Shown here: positions 8,053-16,361 of the stretch, piece after piece | Position numbering within the stretch: position 1 is the first letter of the stretch | Layout: each line of letters starts with the position of its first letter | Source: a virus | IMG/VR virus record: IMGVR_UViG_3300036846_000867 | Span: 1 to 64,000 of that record | Direction: 5' to 3' (one strand) | DNA length: 64,000 nt | The notes under the pieces: model-generated | Told to the model about the DNA's origin: nothing | Database searches by the model: none | The model's input: only the letters and a program-made list of their open reading frames with translations | Program-made: the position numbers and the translations under genes

Positions 8053-10967
8053 TCTGCACTGTCACGCGCATGCGAGCGGACCAACTGCATCGGTCTGCTG
8101 TTCCCCGTCCGATGGATTAGCTGACGCCGTGCCGCCGCGTTGATCAGCGCCCCGGTGGCGTTGTGATGGTGCGGCGGGCCGACGACCGTCTCGACGTGAA
8201 TGCGAAAATCTTCACCGATACCGGTCCAGCCACGCGGCAGGCTGGCGATCTCGGTAAGGGCGCGGTTCATCCAATCGCCTGCATTGTCCGCTATCTGATC
8301 GAGCGCAGTGTCCCGCGCCGCGCGGCTTGCCGCCGCATCAAAGGGACTGGAACGGCGCGGCGGCGGGCGTCCGCCAAACGGCGGTGACGGTGGCGGTACG
8401 CCATTGCCACGCCCGTTGCCGCGCACGTAATCGCCCTCGACGACGCCGATTGGCTCCATGTCACACCAATTATACCCCCATGACGCTTCGACAATCAGCG
8501 GCACGATCTGCCACTGATAGCGCACTTTTGTCATCACGCGGGTAATCTCGTCGAGATATTCCTCGATACGGTCCTCCTGCTCCGGCACGATAAATGTCAG
8601 ATCGTCATGGACGTTAATGCGCGGCATCAGATACATGTCGTCGTATTCAATCGCCAGCCTCTGCAATTCGTTCTGGCAGTCGAGCACGATCACCGCTTCA
8701 CCGTTCTGGATCGGTGTAATTACCGGTTCGTTGCCGGTCATGACGCCAAACCGCATCTGACCGTTGAGCGTTCTGACACCGCCGGTATCGCGGTATTCGG
8801 CGCGACGCGCGTTGAGCCAGCCCTTGGCGACACGGAACCGCGTCCAGAAATCACCGAGAAGATCGCTGATCACGGCGAACGGGATGCCGGTGCGCTCGGC
8901 GCAGTTTTCCGCCGTGGTGCCAAAGAAGGATGCAAAGACAAAATCTGTCTTGATCAGATCGCGGCCCTTCTTGCGGAGCACCGCTTCGGGGGCCGTATCG
9001 AGCAATAATTTGGTGCGCAGCCGGTCGAGATATTCCGGATAGATGTCGATCAGCTTGCCCAGCCAGTGACTGTGGATGTCCTCTTTGTCGATAAAGCTCT
9101 TGCACAGTACCGGATCGCGGCTGGCCATCCCATAGAGACGGCCCTGAATTTGCCCCTCGTCGCAGGACAGCAGCACATGGCCGGGCGGCGCAATAACCTG
9201 TTTGCGGAATTCGCGGTGCCGCCGTTTCGGCCAATTCTGGATATTGGTGTCGTTGGCCGATGTGCGAAACGTCGCGACGTGCATCGTGGTGTAGGATGGA
9301 TGCAGCAGCCCATCGCTGTGCAGAGCGTCCAGTGTCAGCACCGGTTCGATGTAATTGCTGACATGCTTGACCGCCTCGCGGTAGTCGAGCACCGTCTGGG
9401 CCAGCGGATTGCCGTGATCGGCCAATGGCCGGATAAGCTCGTCACCCGTACCATAAGATTTCTTATTGCGTGGTAGGGCGCATCGGCCGAATTCCGCCAG
9501 GGCGATGCCGACATGGTCCGGATTGCCGATGTTGAATTCCTGCTGTCGCGCACGCTCGAATTGGCGAACTTCATAGATCGTCGCGGCTTCGGAGCGCTTC
9601 CGGGCGGCGATATCGCCCCATTGTTCCTTGAGCAGCGCCGCCGCCTCCCGGTCGGCGGGCAGGCCCAAGAATTCCATGTAGGCGGTGCTCTCGATTGCCC
9701 CGATCAGACGAGCATATTCGTCCTTCAGGATACCGGGATCGTCGTGCAGGCGATGGTCGATCCGGATCGATGCCCAGGCATCGAGGCCGTTATACGGAAG
9801 GATTTCGTCGAGACTGTAGGCTTCGATATGCTTCGGATCGACGTTCGTCAGCTTCTTGATGTTGGTGCCCAGGATGATCCGCGACATTGCGCCGAGATCG
9901 AGCATGGAATTACGAGCATGATAGAGCCGTCCCAGTGCCATGCTGTCGTCGAAGGCGTGCGGCAGCCACGTATCATCGACGCCAAGGCTGCGGGCGGTCC
10001 ACAGCAGCCACACCAGTTCGAAGACCGCGTTGTGGGCTGTCCATTGCCGGTCGGCGGCGGCTGCCAGGAGCAGAAGCTCGCCCCAATCATTGGGCGCGTC
10101 GGGATGCTTCACCGGGAAGGCGAAGGATAATTTGCCGTCGCTCAGTGCGCCGCTCAATATCCGCGAATCACGATGGTATGGTTTGAGCTTCTCGGTCTCG
10201 ATGTCGATCCCGATCTTGCCTTCCAGACGAAGATAGAGGGCGTAGGCTTCCTCCTCGTTAAAGACCGAGATCACATCGGTCGGTTTTGGCTTCTCGATGA
10301 CCGGCGGTCGCCATTTGTCCACAGCGGCGAAGAAATTCTTGATCGAGGCGGCGAACACCGGATATTCGCGCGCCCGGTCGCCGCCATTGTGCAGCAGAAA
10401 CGACGGATGAAACGTCGGATAGTACCACAGCGCGTGCTCGCCAATTTCGACCGGGAATTTGACGCCGACCATATGCGTGATCGGGGCTTCGTTGAAGAAC
10501 CGCATCAGCGGTGCGCCGCCCAATCCCAGGATCGCCTTGAACGGCCTGATATTGATATCCTCTTCGAGATAGACCGAACAGCAATGCATCTCGTGCCCGG
10601 TCGGCGTGCGGTTGCCTTGCGGGCGACAACGCACCGCATTGCTGTAGGCGACGCGCTCCTTGAGACGGTGCGGGATGTGCTGCCGCAGCATCTTGCCGGA
10701 GGGACCGACAAACGGCTCGCCACGGTCGTCCTCCTCTTCGCCAGGGGCCTCTCCGAAGGCGAGGATGTCTGCCTCGGGCAGACCGCTCATGGCCATCTGC
10801 GGCGTCCCCAGGCGCTCCCACGTCGATTGTAGCGGGCAGGCGTCGCAGCCGCGTTCACCGCTCATCGTTTCGGCCTCCCGGCTGATCGAGGCAAACCGCG
10901 AGCCCGGTCGGACGGCGGCCCGTCGCGGCTCGGTCAGGACGGCATCGCCGTCGAAGCAAAAGCCCAT
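8037..10967 (-). CDS. DNA polymerase: family-4 UDG-like domain + 3'-5' exonuclease + PolA-type polymerase
   Basis: GCDACPL..GEAPGEEEDDRGEPFVGPSG (UDG4-like), GIDIETE (Exo I), SCDEGQIQGRL and NVHDDL (PolA motifs A/C). Start is ambiguous: 10967 (GAGGGA RBS) or 10865 (GGGAGG RBS). Confidence 0.85.
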   Translation of the reverse strand: MGFCFDGDAVLTEPRRAAVRPGSRFASISREAETMSGERGCDACPLQSTWERLGTPQMAMSGLPEADILAFGEAPGEEEDDRGEPFVGPSGKMLRQHIPHRLKERVAYSNAVRCRPQGNRTPTGHEMHCCSVYLEEDINIRPFKAILGLGGAPLMRFFNEAPITHMVGVKFPVEIGEHALWYYPTFHPSFLLHNGGDRAREYPVFAASIKNFFAAVDKWRPPVIEKPKPTDVISVFNEEEAYALYLRLEGKIGIDIETEKLKPYHRDSRILSGALSDGKLSFAFPVKHPDAPNDWGELLLLAAAADRQWTAHNAVFELVWLLWTARSLGVDDTWLPHAFDDSMALGRLYHARNSMLDLGAMSRIILGTNIKKLTNVDPKHIEAYSLDEILPYNGLDAWASIRIDHRLHDDPGILKDEYARLIGAIESTAYMEFLGLPADREAAALLKEQWGDIAARKRSEAATIYEVRQFERARQQEFNIGNPDHVGIALAEFGRCALPRNKKSYGTGDELIRPLADHGNPLAQTVLDYREAVKHVSNYIEPVLTLDALHSDGLLHPSYTTMHVATFRTSANDTNIQNWPKRRHREFRKQVIAPPGHVLLSCDEGQIQGRLYGMASRDPVLCKSFIDKEDIHSHWLGKLIDIYPEYLDRLRTKLLLDTAPEAVLRKKGRDLIKTDFVFASFFGTTAENCAERTGIPFAVISDLLGDFWTRFRVAKGWLNARRAEYRDTGGVRTLNGQMRFGVMTGNEPVITPIQNGEAVIVLDCQNELQRLAIEYDDMYLMPRINVHDDLTFIVPEQEDRIEEYLDEITRVMTKVRYQWQIVPLIVEASWGYNWCDMEPIGVVEGDYVRGNGRGNGVPPPSPPFGGRPPPRRSSPFDAAASRAARDTALDQIADNAGDWMNRALTEIASLPRGWTGIGEDFRIHVETVVGPPHHHNATGALINAAARRQLIHRTGNSRPMQLVRSHARDSAEWCRS
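8469..8479 (-). promoter_or_regulatory. GGGGGTATAAT box inside the polymerase ORF (possible internal promoter or chance)
   Basis: Exact 11-mer shared with 3216-3226 and 13410-13420, but it lies in coding sequence (WGYNW). Confidence 0.2.
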
Positions 10968-10978
10968 CTCTGTCCCTC

Positions 10979-11042
10979 GGCAAATCGGCGGCGTTTTCTC
11001 GGCGCAAATCGGCGGCAAAATCGGCGTTTACGGTGCAAATCC
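10979..11042 (-). repeat. Four CCGATTT(T)GC / GGATTTGC boxes directly upstream of the polymerase start
   Basis: Plus strand shows GCAAATCGGCGG at 10980 and 11004, GCAAAATCGGCG at 11015 and GCAAATCC at 11035, in the clamp-polymerase spacer. Confidence 0.8.
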
Positions 11043-11119
11043 TCTAAGCTATTGATTCAGTTGGCCGCAAACCGGCGTTTAGAAACACTATAAATGCCGC
11101 CAATTGCCGCCTATCCAAC

Positions 11120-12199
11120 TCAGACGGCTTTCCCGTGGACACCAAACAGGAATTCGTTAGGGCCACGAAACACCAGGGCATGTCGGTCCACATAGTCGAA
11201 CACCACACGGTCGGCCGCCCCCAATGCCCTGAATATACGGCGCGGCTCCAACTGGATCGGATTGATGTCGAACGGCTCTTCGGACTGGACCAGATAGTAT
11301 TCCGCCGAGAACGAGATGCTGTCCTCGTAGAATAACTTCGTCGCCCCTTCCTCGACCGACATCGACATCCGCGCCTTGCTCTTGTCTTCCGCCAGCGCAT
11401 CGACGCGGCGGACAAAGGCGGCCAAGCTCTCGCGGTCAATCGGCAGCGAGCGCTGCTGGCCGCGCAGCGCCCCGGCAATCGCCCGCAGATCGCTCTTCAG
11501 ATCGGCCTTGCGGCGGATCATCAGCTTGGTCGTCGGCGTCTGGCAGTAGATGCTGTCCCCGGTGAGGGAGACAGCCGTGTCTCCCCGGCTAACTTCTGCC
11601 AGCAGCGCCAGCGCGTCCGGGGCCAGCGTGATCTTGTCAGCGAAGGCGTCGTTGCGGTCGCCGAGACGACAGGAGGCAATCGCATTGTTATCGCTGGCAT
11701 AGGCGTAAAGACCGTCTGGTTCGTTTTCGATGGCAACGCCATACAGCCCCACCGAAATGTAGGCTTGCGAGCCGCAGCCCAGCGCCGCCAGTTGTAAGCC
11801 GCGCCCGAAGCCTTCCGTCACCGGGACCATCGTGCCGCGCCCGTCCCACGGCAGCGGCGGGATGGTGATGTCGCCGGCGATCAGCGAGAACGAGCCGGTC
11901 ATCTCGTAACGCTTGGCTTCGCTGGGGTCTTCACAAAGCCAGGAGAGCTTGTTGTCCTCGACCAGCAACCGGAAATCTCCGGCCGGTGCCGTGCTCAGCA
12001 CTTGCAGGAAGCGGGCGGTATCCACATAGGCTTCGGCGTCGATCCCCAGTGCCACTTCCACTTCCATAATGCCAAACGGCGAATGGCCGCGCACCGATGT
12101 CGGTGTGATGTGCAGCGCCTTATAGGATGGTGACAGAAGCTTCTCGTGCGCCAGCAGCGTGAACGGACGAAGCTGCTGGTAGATTTCGCTGGCTTGCAT
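11120..12199 (-). CDS. Sliding clamp (DnaN-like)
   Basis: 359 aa. AAGGAG RBS. Placed between dpdA-like and the polymerase in the replication operon. Size and weak resemblance to beta clamps only. Confidence 0.55.
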   Translation of the reverse strand: MQASEIYQQLRPFTLLAHEKLLSPSYKALHITPTSVRGHSPFGIMEVEVALGIDAEAYVDTARFLQVLSTAPAGDFRLLVEDNKLSWLCEDPSEAKRYEMTGSFSLIAGDITIPPLPWDGRGTMVPVTEGFGRGLQLAALGCGSQAYISVGLYGVAIENEPDGLYAYASDNNAIASCRLGDRNDAFADKITLAPDALALLAEVSRGDTAVSLTGDSIYCQTPTTKLMIRRKADLKSDLRAIAGALRGQQRSLPIDRESLAAFVRRVDALAEDKSKARMSMSVEEGATKLFYEDSISFSAEYYLVQSEEPFDINPIQLEPRRIFRALGAADRVVFDYVDRHALVFRGPNEFLFGVHGKAV

Positions 12200-12209
12200 C
12201 GGTGCTCCT

Positions 12210-13295
12210 TCAGGATGGGCTGATCCAGTCTTCCAGCATCTCGGTGTATTTCTTGAACGGCGGCTGGTTCAGGAGCCCCAGCGGATCGTCGTGCCACGCC
12301 CGCATCCGTGCCGCGTGGTTGTGCGAATTGATGTAGTAGTAGCTCGCCAGCGGACGGCGGTTGCCGGCATAGATCAGCGCGGGCAGGATCGACGGACTGA
12401 CACCGGCCGCCATGTAGAGATCGAATTCCGGCAGTGTCACCGCCGGGGCATTGCCGCTCGCGCCTGTCACGAAACCTGTAGAAGGGATGAATGTCGGCCG
12501 TGGATTTAACCGGACCAGTTCCTCCAATTGCAGAAAAAAGCGGGCGGCGATGTAGGCGTGCGACAGCCATGTCCGCCGCGATTTGCGGTTCTCGCGCAGA
12601 TCGTCGAGATCGATGTCGAGCGCCTCAAACCGCGCGCGGATAAAATCCAAATCCTCGCCCTCGACCATCGAAATATCGCGGGCATGGGAACTGTGGATCA
12701 GCGTCTCGTCGAGATCGGGAAACAGCACGTCATTGTGCTTGCGCTTGGTGGTGTGCCGATGATTGAGCCGCCCGGTTGGAATGCCGTGCAGCATGATCCG
12801 GCCCCATTTCGGCCCGCGCAGCCAGGACGAGCTATCGGCGCTGGCCCACGGATATTTGAACAGCGTCGGCACGTGGGAATTGCCAAAGGCGTGGACCAGC
12901 ACGGTCGGTTCGCCCGCCGCATTGACGATCTTCGACCACGCAAGCTGGAGCGCGTGGTCAATCGCCAGCCCGCGTGTGCTGGTGGTCGAGAAGCCGACAT
13001 AGTCGCAGCCCAGATCGAGCATCCGGTCGATCCAGTCGAGGCTCTCGCGGGCGTGCCAGATCGGGATCGGATCAAAGCCGCGACGGCGCATCTCCTTCAG
13101 ATTGTTGAGGCTGATCTGCGCCGCTTCCTCCGGTTCGTCGGGCGCAATATGGTCGAGCACGACGTATTTGCCGATCCAATCGCTGTTTGCTTCGAGAAAT
13201 TCGCAATACGCGTTGAGATCGATGGCTCGGCCAAGCCGCCATGCCGAATAGCCGCCGCTGTCCACCAGCGTCTTCACGGAACCGTTGGTGGTCAA
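12210..13295 (-). CDS. dpdA: DpdA-like (tRNA-guanine-transglycosylase fold) DNA transglycosylase
   Basis: TTG start 6 nt after AAGGAG. N-terminal LVDSGGYSAW...YVVLDHI resembles the TGT/DpdA DSGG catalytic-Asp motif. Embedded in the replication operon. Confidence 0.65.
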   Translation of the reverse strand: MTTNGSVKTLVDSGGYSAWRLGRAIDLNAYCEFLEANSDWIGKYVVLDHIAPDEPEEAAQISLNNLKEMRRRGFDPIPIWHARESLDWIDRMLDLGCDYVGFSTTSTRGLAIDHALQLAWSKIVNAAGEPTVLVHAFGNSHVPTLFKYPWASADSSSWLRGPKWGRIMLHGIPTGRLNHRHTTKRKHNDVLFPDLDETLIHSSHARDISMVEGEDLDFIRARFEALDIDLDDLRENRKSRRTWLSHAYIAARFFLQLEELVRLNPRPTFIPSTGFVTGASGNAPAVTLPEFDLYMAAGVSPSILPALIYAGNRRPLASYYYINSHNHAARMRAWHDDPLGLLNQPPFKKYTEMLEDWISPS

Positions 13296-13316
13296 AGGCC
13301 GCTCCTTTCAAGAATT

Positions 13317-13403
13317 GGACGCTGGCCTTCACGGGGGTTGCTAGCCCGTGAAGGATACTACTAGCGAGAGCAGCACGCTTTAAGGCGAGAAGCGCCAGCG
13401 TCC
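13317..13403 (-). other. Structured leader: nested perfect 10-bp inverted repeats
   Basis: GGACGCTGGC (13317-13326) pairs with GCCAGCGTCC (13394-13403). CCTTCACGGG (13326-13335) pairs with CCCGTGAAGG (13345-13354). Confidence 0.8.
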
Positions 13404-13409
13404 ATCCCT

Positions 13410-13425
13410 ATTATACCCCCCCCCC
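13410..13425 (-). promoter_or_regulatory. G10 tract abutting TATAAT, just after the nrdJ stop and upstream of dpdA
   Basis: Minus strand reads GGGGGGGGGGTATAAT. No recognisable -35. Confidence 0.4.
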
Positions 13426-13426
13426 T

Positions 13427-15202
13427 TCAATCGGTGGCGCAGGCACGCTCGCCGGTCACCGGATCGGGGAAGCAGGCTGCGCCTTCGGCGTCTTCCTCCT
13501 TGGGCTTGAGGATGCCCATCCGCTTGCCGTTGGTATTGAACAGCGCGCACGATTTGGCCCCGCCGTTCCAGGCGCGCAGATAGAGACTTTTGAAAGCCTC
13601 GTAGCTGACGCCGTCGCCCTCACCAGCAACCTGCCCGGAGACGTTGCACGTCTTGCTGATCGCGCTATCGACGAAGCGCTGGGCACGGCACAGCACGTCC
13701 ACGTGTTCTTCGCCGCTGATCTGGTTGGCGGTCCGCCCACGCACGCCGTAATGGGCATAGGCATAGTCGGTGACATCGAAGACGCGCGGCCCCTGCGGTG
13801 TCAGAACCGTGCGCTCGCCTTCCATCATGAAGACCGGCTCGATCCCGGAACTGACATAATCGGCCGCTTGACTGATCGTGCCGGTCGGGGCAATCGATGT
13901 CAGGAGGCCGTTGCGCAGCCCGTGAAGGCCAATCTCATGCCGCAAATCTTCCGGCAATCTGCGGAAGAACTCCCCTTCGACATATTTGTCTACATGCCAG
14001 AGCGGGAATGGCCCGCGTTCCTTAGCCAGTTCACAGCTTGTTTGGTAGGCGCGGACAAGGATGCGCTCAAGGATTTCATCCTGCTTTGCGAGATATTGCG
14101 GTGTCGCATAGGCCAGTGAGCAAACTTCTAGCGCGTTCGCCATCCCGGTGACGCCGACGCCCATCCGCCGCTTCGCCTTGGCTTCCGCCTCCTGTTGCGG
14201 CAGCGGATAGATCGTGCGGTCGATGACCCGGTCGAAGGCCCGCACCGCCACATCGACGGCATCGTCCAGGCGCTCCAGATCGATCTCGTAGCGCACCGTC
14301 TGCTTGCCAGATTGCGCGGCCAATTGAATGCCGTTGCCCTCGTAGACCGGGCGCAGCATCTTGACCAGGTTAACGCTGCCCAGGAGGCACGCCCCCCACG
14401 GCGGCAGCGGCTGCTCGGCGCAGGGATTGGTCGCGGTAATCTGTTCGCAGTAATACAGCGGATTGAGCCGGTTGATGCGGTCGATAAAGATCACGCCCGG
14501 CTCGGCCCAGTCCCAGTTGTTCTCCATGATCGCGGCCCAGACATCGAGCGCACGCACCTGTCCGAACACCGTATCGCCGAACCGCAGCTTGTAGCGCCCG
14601 TCGCATTCCAGCGCTGCCATGAATTCATCGGTGACGGCAATCGAGATATTGAAATTGGTCAGGCTCGACTGGTCCTGCTTGGCGCGGATAAATTGCATTA
14701 TATCGGGGTGCTGGATGTTCAGCACGCCCATCATCGCGCCGCGCCGCTCGCCGGCCGACATCATCGTCTCGCACATCTGGTGCCAGCACGCCATGAAGCT
14801 GATCGGACCGCTGGCGGCGGCTCCATAACCGAGACCGCGCACCGGTTCACCGGCTGGCCGCAGCGTCGAGAAATGCATGCCGATGCCGCCGCCCGCCCGC
14901 AGTGTCAGTGCCGCGTCGCGCAGCGCCTCGAAGATGCCCGTCGTGTTATCGGGGATTTCCCCCATCACGAAGCAGTTGAACGCGGTGGTTTCGAAGGGAC
15001 GGCCGACGGCACGTTGCTGCCGCCCGGCCGGTAGGAGCGTCTGATCGCGCAGATAGTTCAATAATCGTCGGAATTCCTGCGGTTCGTCGGCTACGGTCCG
15101 CGCATATCTGATGCAGTAATCGTCGAATGTTTCACCGGGATCGCGGTATTTCATTGCGTGGATCAACTGACCGTATTCGTTGCGCGGCCCGTAGATTTCC
15201 AT
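13427..15202 (-). CDS. nrdJ: Ribonucleotide reductase, class II-like (single chain)
   Basis: 591 aa; catalytic loop ATNPCAEQPL..CLLGSVNL. No small-subunit gene nearby. GGAGGAG RBS. Confidence 0.8.
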   Translation of the reverse strand: MEIYGPRNEYGQLIHAMKYRDPGETFDDYCIRYARTVADEPQEFRRLLNYLRDQTLLPAGRQQRAVGRPFETTAFNCFVMGEIPDNTTGIFEALRDAALTLRAGGGIGMHFSTLRPAGEPVRGLGYGAAASGPISFMACWHQMCETMMSAGERRGAMMGVLNIQHPDIMQFIRAKQDQSSLTNFNISIAVTDEFMAALECDGRYKLRFGDTVFGQVRALDVWAAIMENNWDWAEPGVIFIDRINRLNPLYYCEQITATNPCAEQPLPPWGACLLGSVNLVKMLRPVYEGNGIQLAAQSGKQTVRYEIDLERLDDAVDVAVRAFDRVIDRTIYPLPQQEAEAKAKRRMGVGVTGMANALEVCSLAYATPQYLAKQDEILERILVRAYQTSCELAKERGPFPLWHVDKYVEGEFFRRLPEDLRHEIGLHGLRNGLLTSIAPTGTISQAADYVSSGIEPVFMMEGERTVLTPQGPRVFDVTDYAYAHYGVRGRTANQISGEEHVDVLCRAQRFVDSAISKTCNVSGQVAGEGDGVSYEAFKSLYLRAWNGGAKSCALFNTNGKRMGILKPKEEDAEGAACFPDPVTGERACATD

Positions 15203-15218
15203 GTCGCTCCTCCGTTGC

Positions 15219-15233
15219 TTATATATACCCCGG
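15219..15233 (-). promoter_or_regulatory. CCGGGGTATATATAA box upstream of nrdJ
   Basis: Minus-strand read. Lies between the NusG-like stop (15235) and the nrdJ RBS. Confidence 0.35.
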
Positions 15234-15234
15234 T

Positions 15235-15747
15235 TTAGGCAAGCGCCTCGATTTCATCGACGGCGAATTCGATTTCCACTTCTCTGTTCAGTATCCGGAA
15301 CAACAGGCCGACGCGCTCGTCGTTTGACCATTTCACCAGCGCCTCGTGGTTTTGCAGCGCACCGCTCAGAATGCGGACGCGCGTGTTCGCCGTGAATTCC
15401 GGCCCCAGCACCGAATTGCTGGAGCGCAGATACTGCGGTGACAGATCGTACATGAATTTGTCGGGGACGCGCTGCGGCAGCCGGATATCACTATCCTTGG
15501 CGAGACACGTCAGCAGGCGGGAAATACCGTAGGTGTTGTTGATGCTGGCCCACGGTTCATCTTCGAAAAGCTGGATGAACACGTAACTGGCGAAGACCGG
15601 TCGGACGACGGTTTGTTTTAATTTCTTGGTGGTCGAGAGATAGAAAGGATAGAACGCCGCAAATCCCTGGCGTCGCAAATTTTGCAGGGCGCGCTGCTCC
15701 TGCGACGGCTGCGTCTGGGCAACAGACCAAAAGGATGCGTCGGCCAC
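15235..15747 (-). CDS. NusG/RfaH-family transcription elongation/antitermination factor
   Basis: GTG start with GAGGGGG RBS. NGN-like FWSVAQTQPSQEQRALQNLRRQGF..PVFASYVFI. KOW-like VRILSGALQNHEALV. Confidence 0.8.
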   Translation of the reverse strand: MADASFWSVAQTQPSQEQRALQNLRRQGFAAFYPFYLSTTKKLKQTVVRPVFASYVFIQLFEDEPWASINNTYGISRLLTCLAKDSDIRLPQRVPDKFMYDLSPQYLRSSNSVLGPEFTANTRVRILSGALQNHEALVKWSNDERVGLLFRILNREVEIEFAVDEIEALA

Positions 15748-15835
15748 GCCGCCCCCTCAACTGCATCTGGTGCCAGGAATGTTTACGTCAGATGGCAGTC
15801 AGGCTACCGGCCGGTGACAGACGGCGTCAATCCTC

Positions 15836-16129
15836 TCAATTTCTCACTTCTGTCGGTGGCCACGGGCCGCGTTGGGCACGCGGTATTTCTTTCATGCTGC
15901 GACCGACATCGCCGTCGCCGAAGCGCCACAGGCGTTCGCGGCGGATCGAAGCCGGATCGGTGGCATCGGTTTCGCCTTTGTCCGGATCGTACCAGACGAT
16001 GAAGCAGGCGAGGCAGATCAGGGATCGGCCGTGCCACAACGAACCGCGACGATAGCTCGACGGGATGCCGCAGCAATCACAGGGCTCCAGCGGCATAAGT
16101 TCGGGCGGGGCATCGACGTGGTCAGGCAT
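15836..16129 (-). CDS. Cys-rich putative zinc-binding protein (97 aa)
   Basis: ORF track 15836-16159 trimmed to ATG 16129 (GAAAGG upstream). CDCCG...CLAC motif. Confidence 0.5.
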   Translation of the reverse strand: MPDHVDAPPELMPLEPCDCCGIPSSYRRGSLWHGRSLICLACFIVWYDPDKGETDATDPASIRRERLWRFGDGDVGRSMKEIPRAQRGPWPPTEVRN

Positions 16130-16361
16130 GGCCTTTCTGTCCGTCAAGACCACGCCCATAAGCCTTCATAAATTCGTCTAGGCTCATATTGTTGAGCTTT
16201 GCCGCATCGCCAGTTTCCTGTACCAACTGCTCAACTTCCTTAACAACCTCCATAATCAGTTTTGGAGATTGCATAATCTCGTCGCGTTGCGCAGCGGGCA
16301 TCTGATCGAGGATCATCCCTACCATACCGGCAAGGGCCTCCGCACGTGTCATCGATGTCAT
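16122..16361 (-). CDS. Hypothetical acidic helical protein (79 aa)
   Basis: ORF track. ATGA overlap with the RHH gene stop. Confidence 0.55.
   Translation of the reverse strand: MTSMTRAEALAGMVGMILDQMPAAQRDEIMQSPKLIMEVVKEVEQLVQETGDAAKLNNMSLDEFMKAYGRGLDGQKGHA

Noticed and set aside
8469-8479. The internal GGGGGTATAAT box as a definite promoter for the clamp loader
   Set aside because: It lies inside well-conserved-looking coding sequence (SWGYNWCD) about 400 nt upstream of the next gene. It may be chance, so it is kept only as a low-confidence feature.
13296-13426. Calling the dpdA leader a preQ1 riboswitch
   Set aside because: I could not match it to the preQ1-I/II/III consensus from memory, and known classes are mostly not from such hosts. 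It is kept only as an unclassified structured leader.
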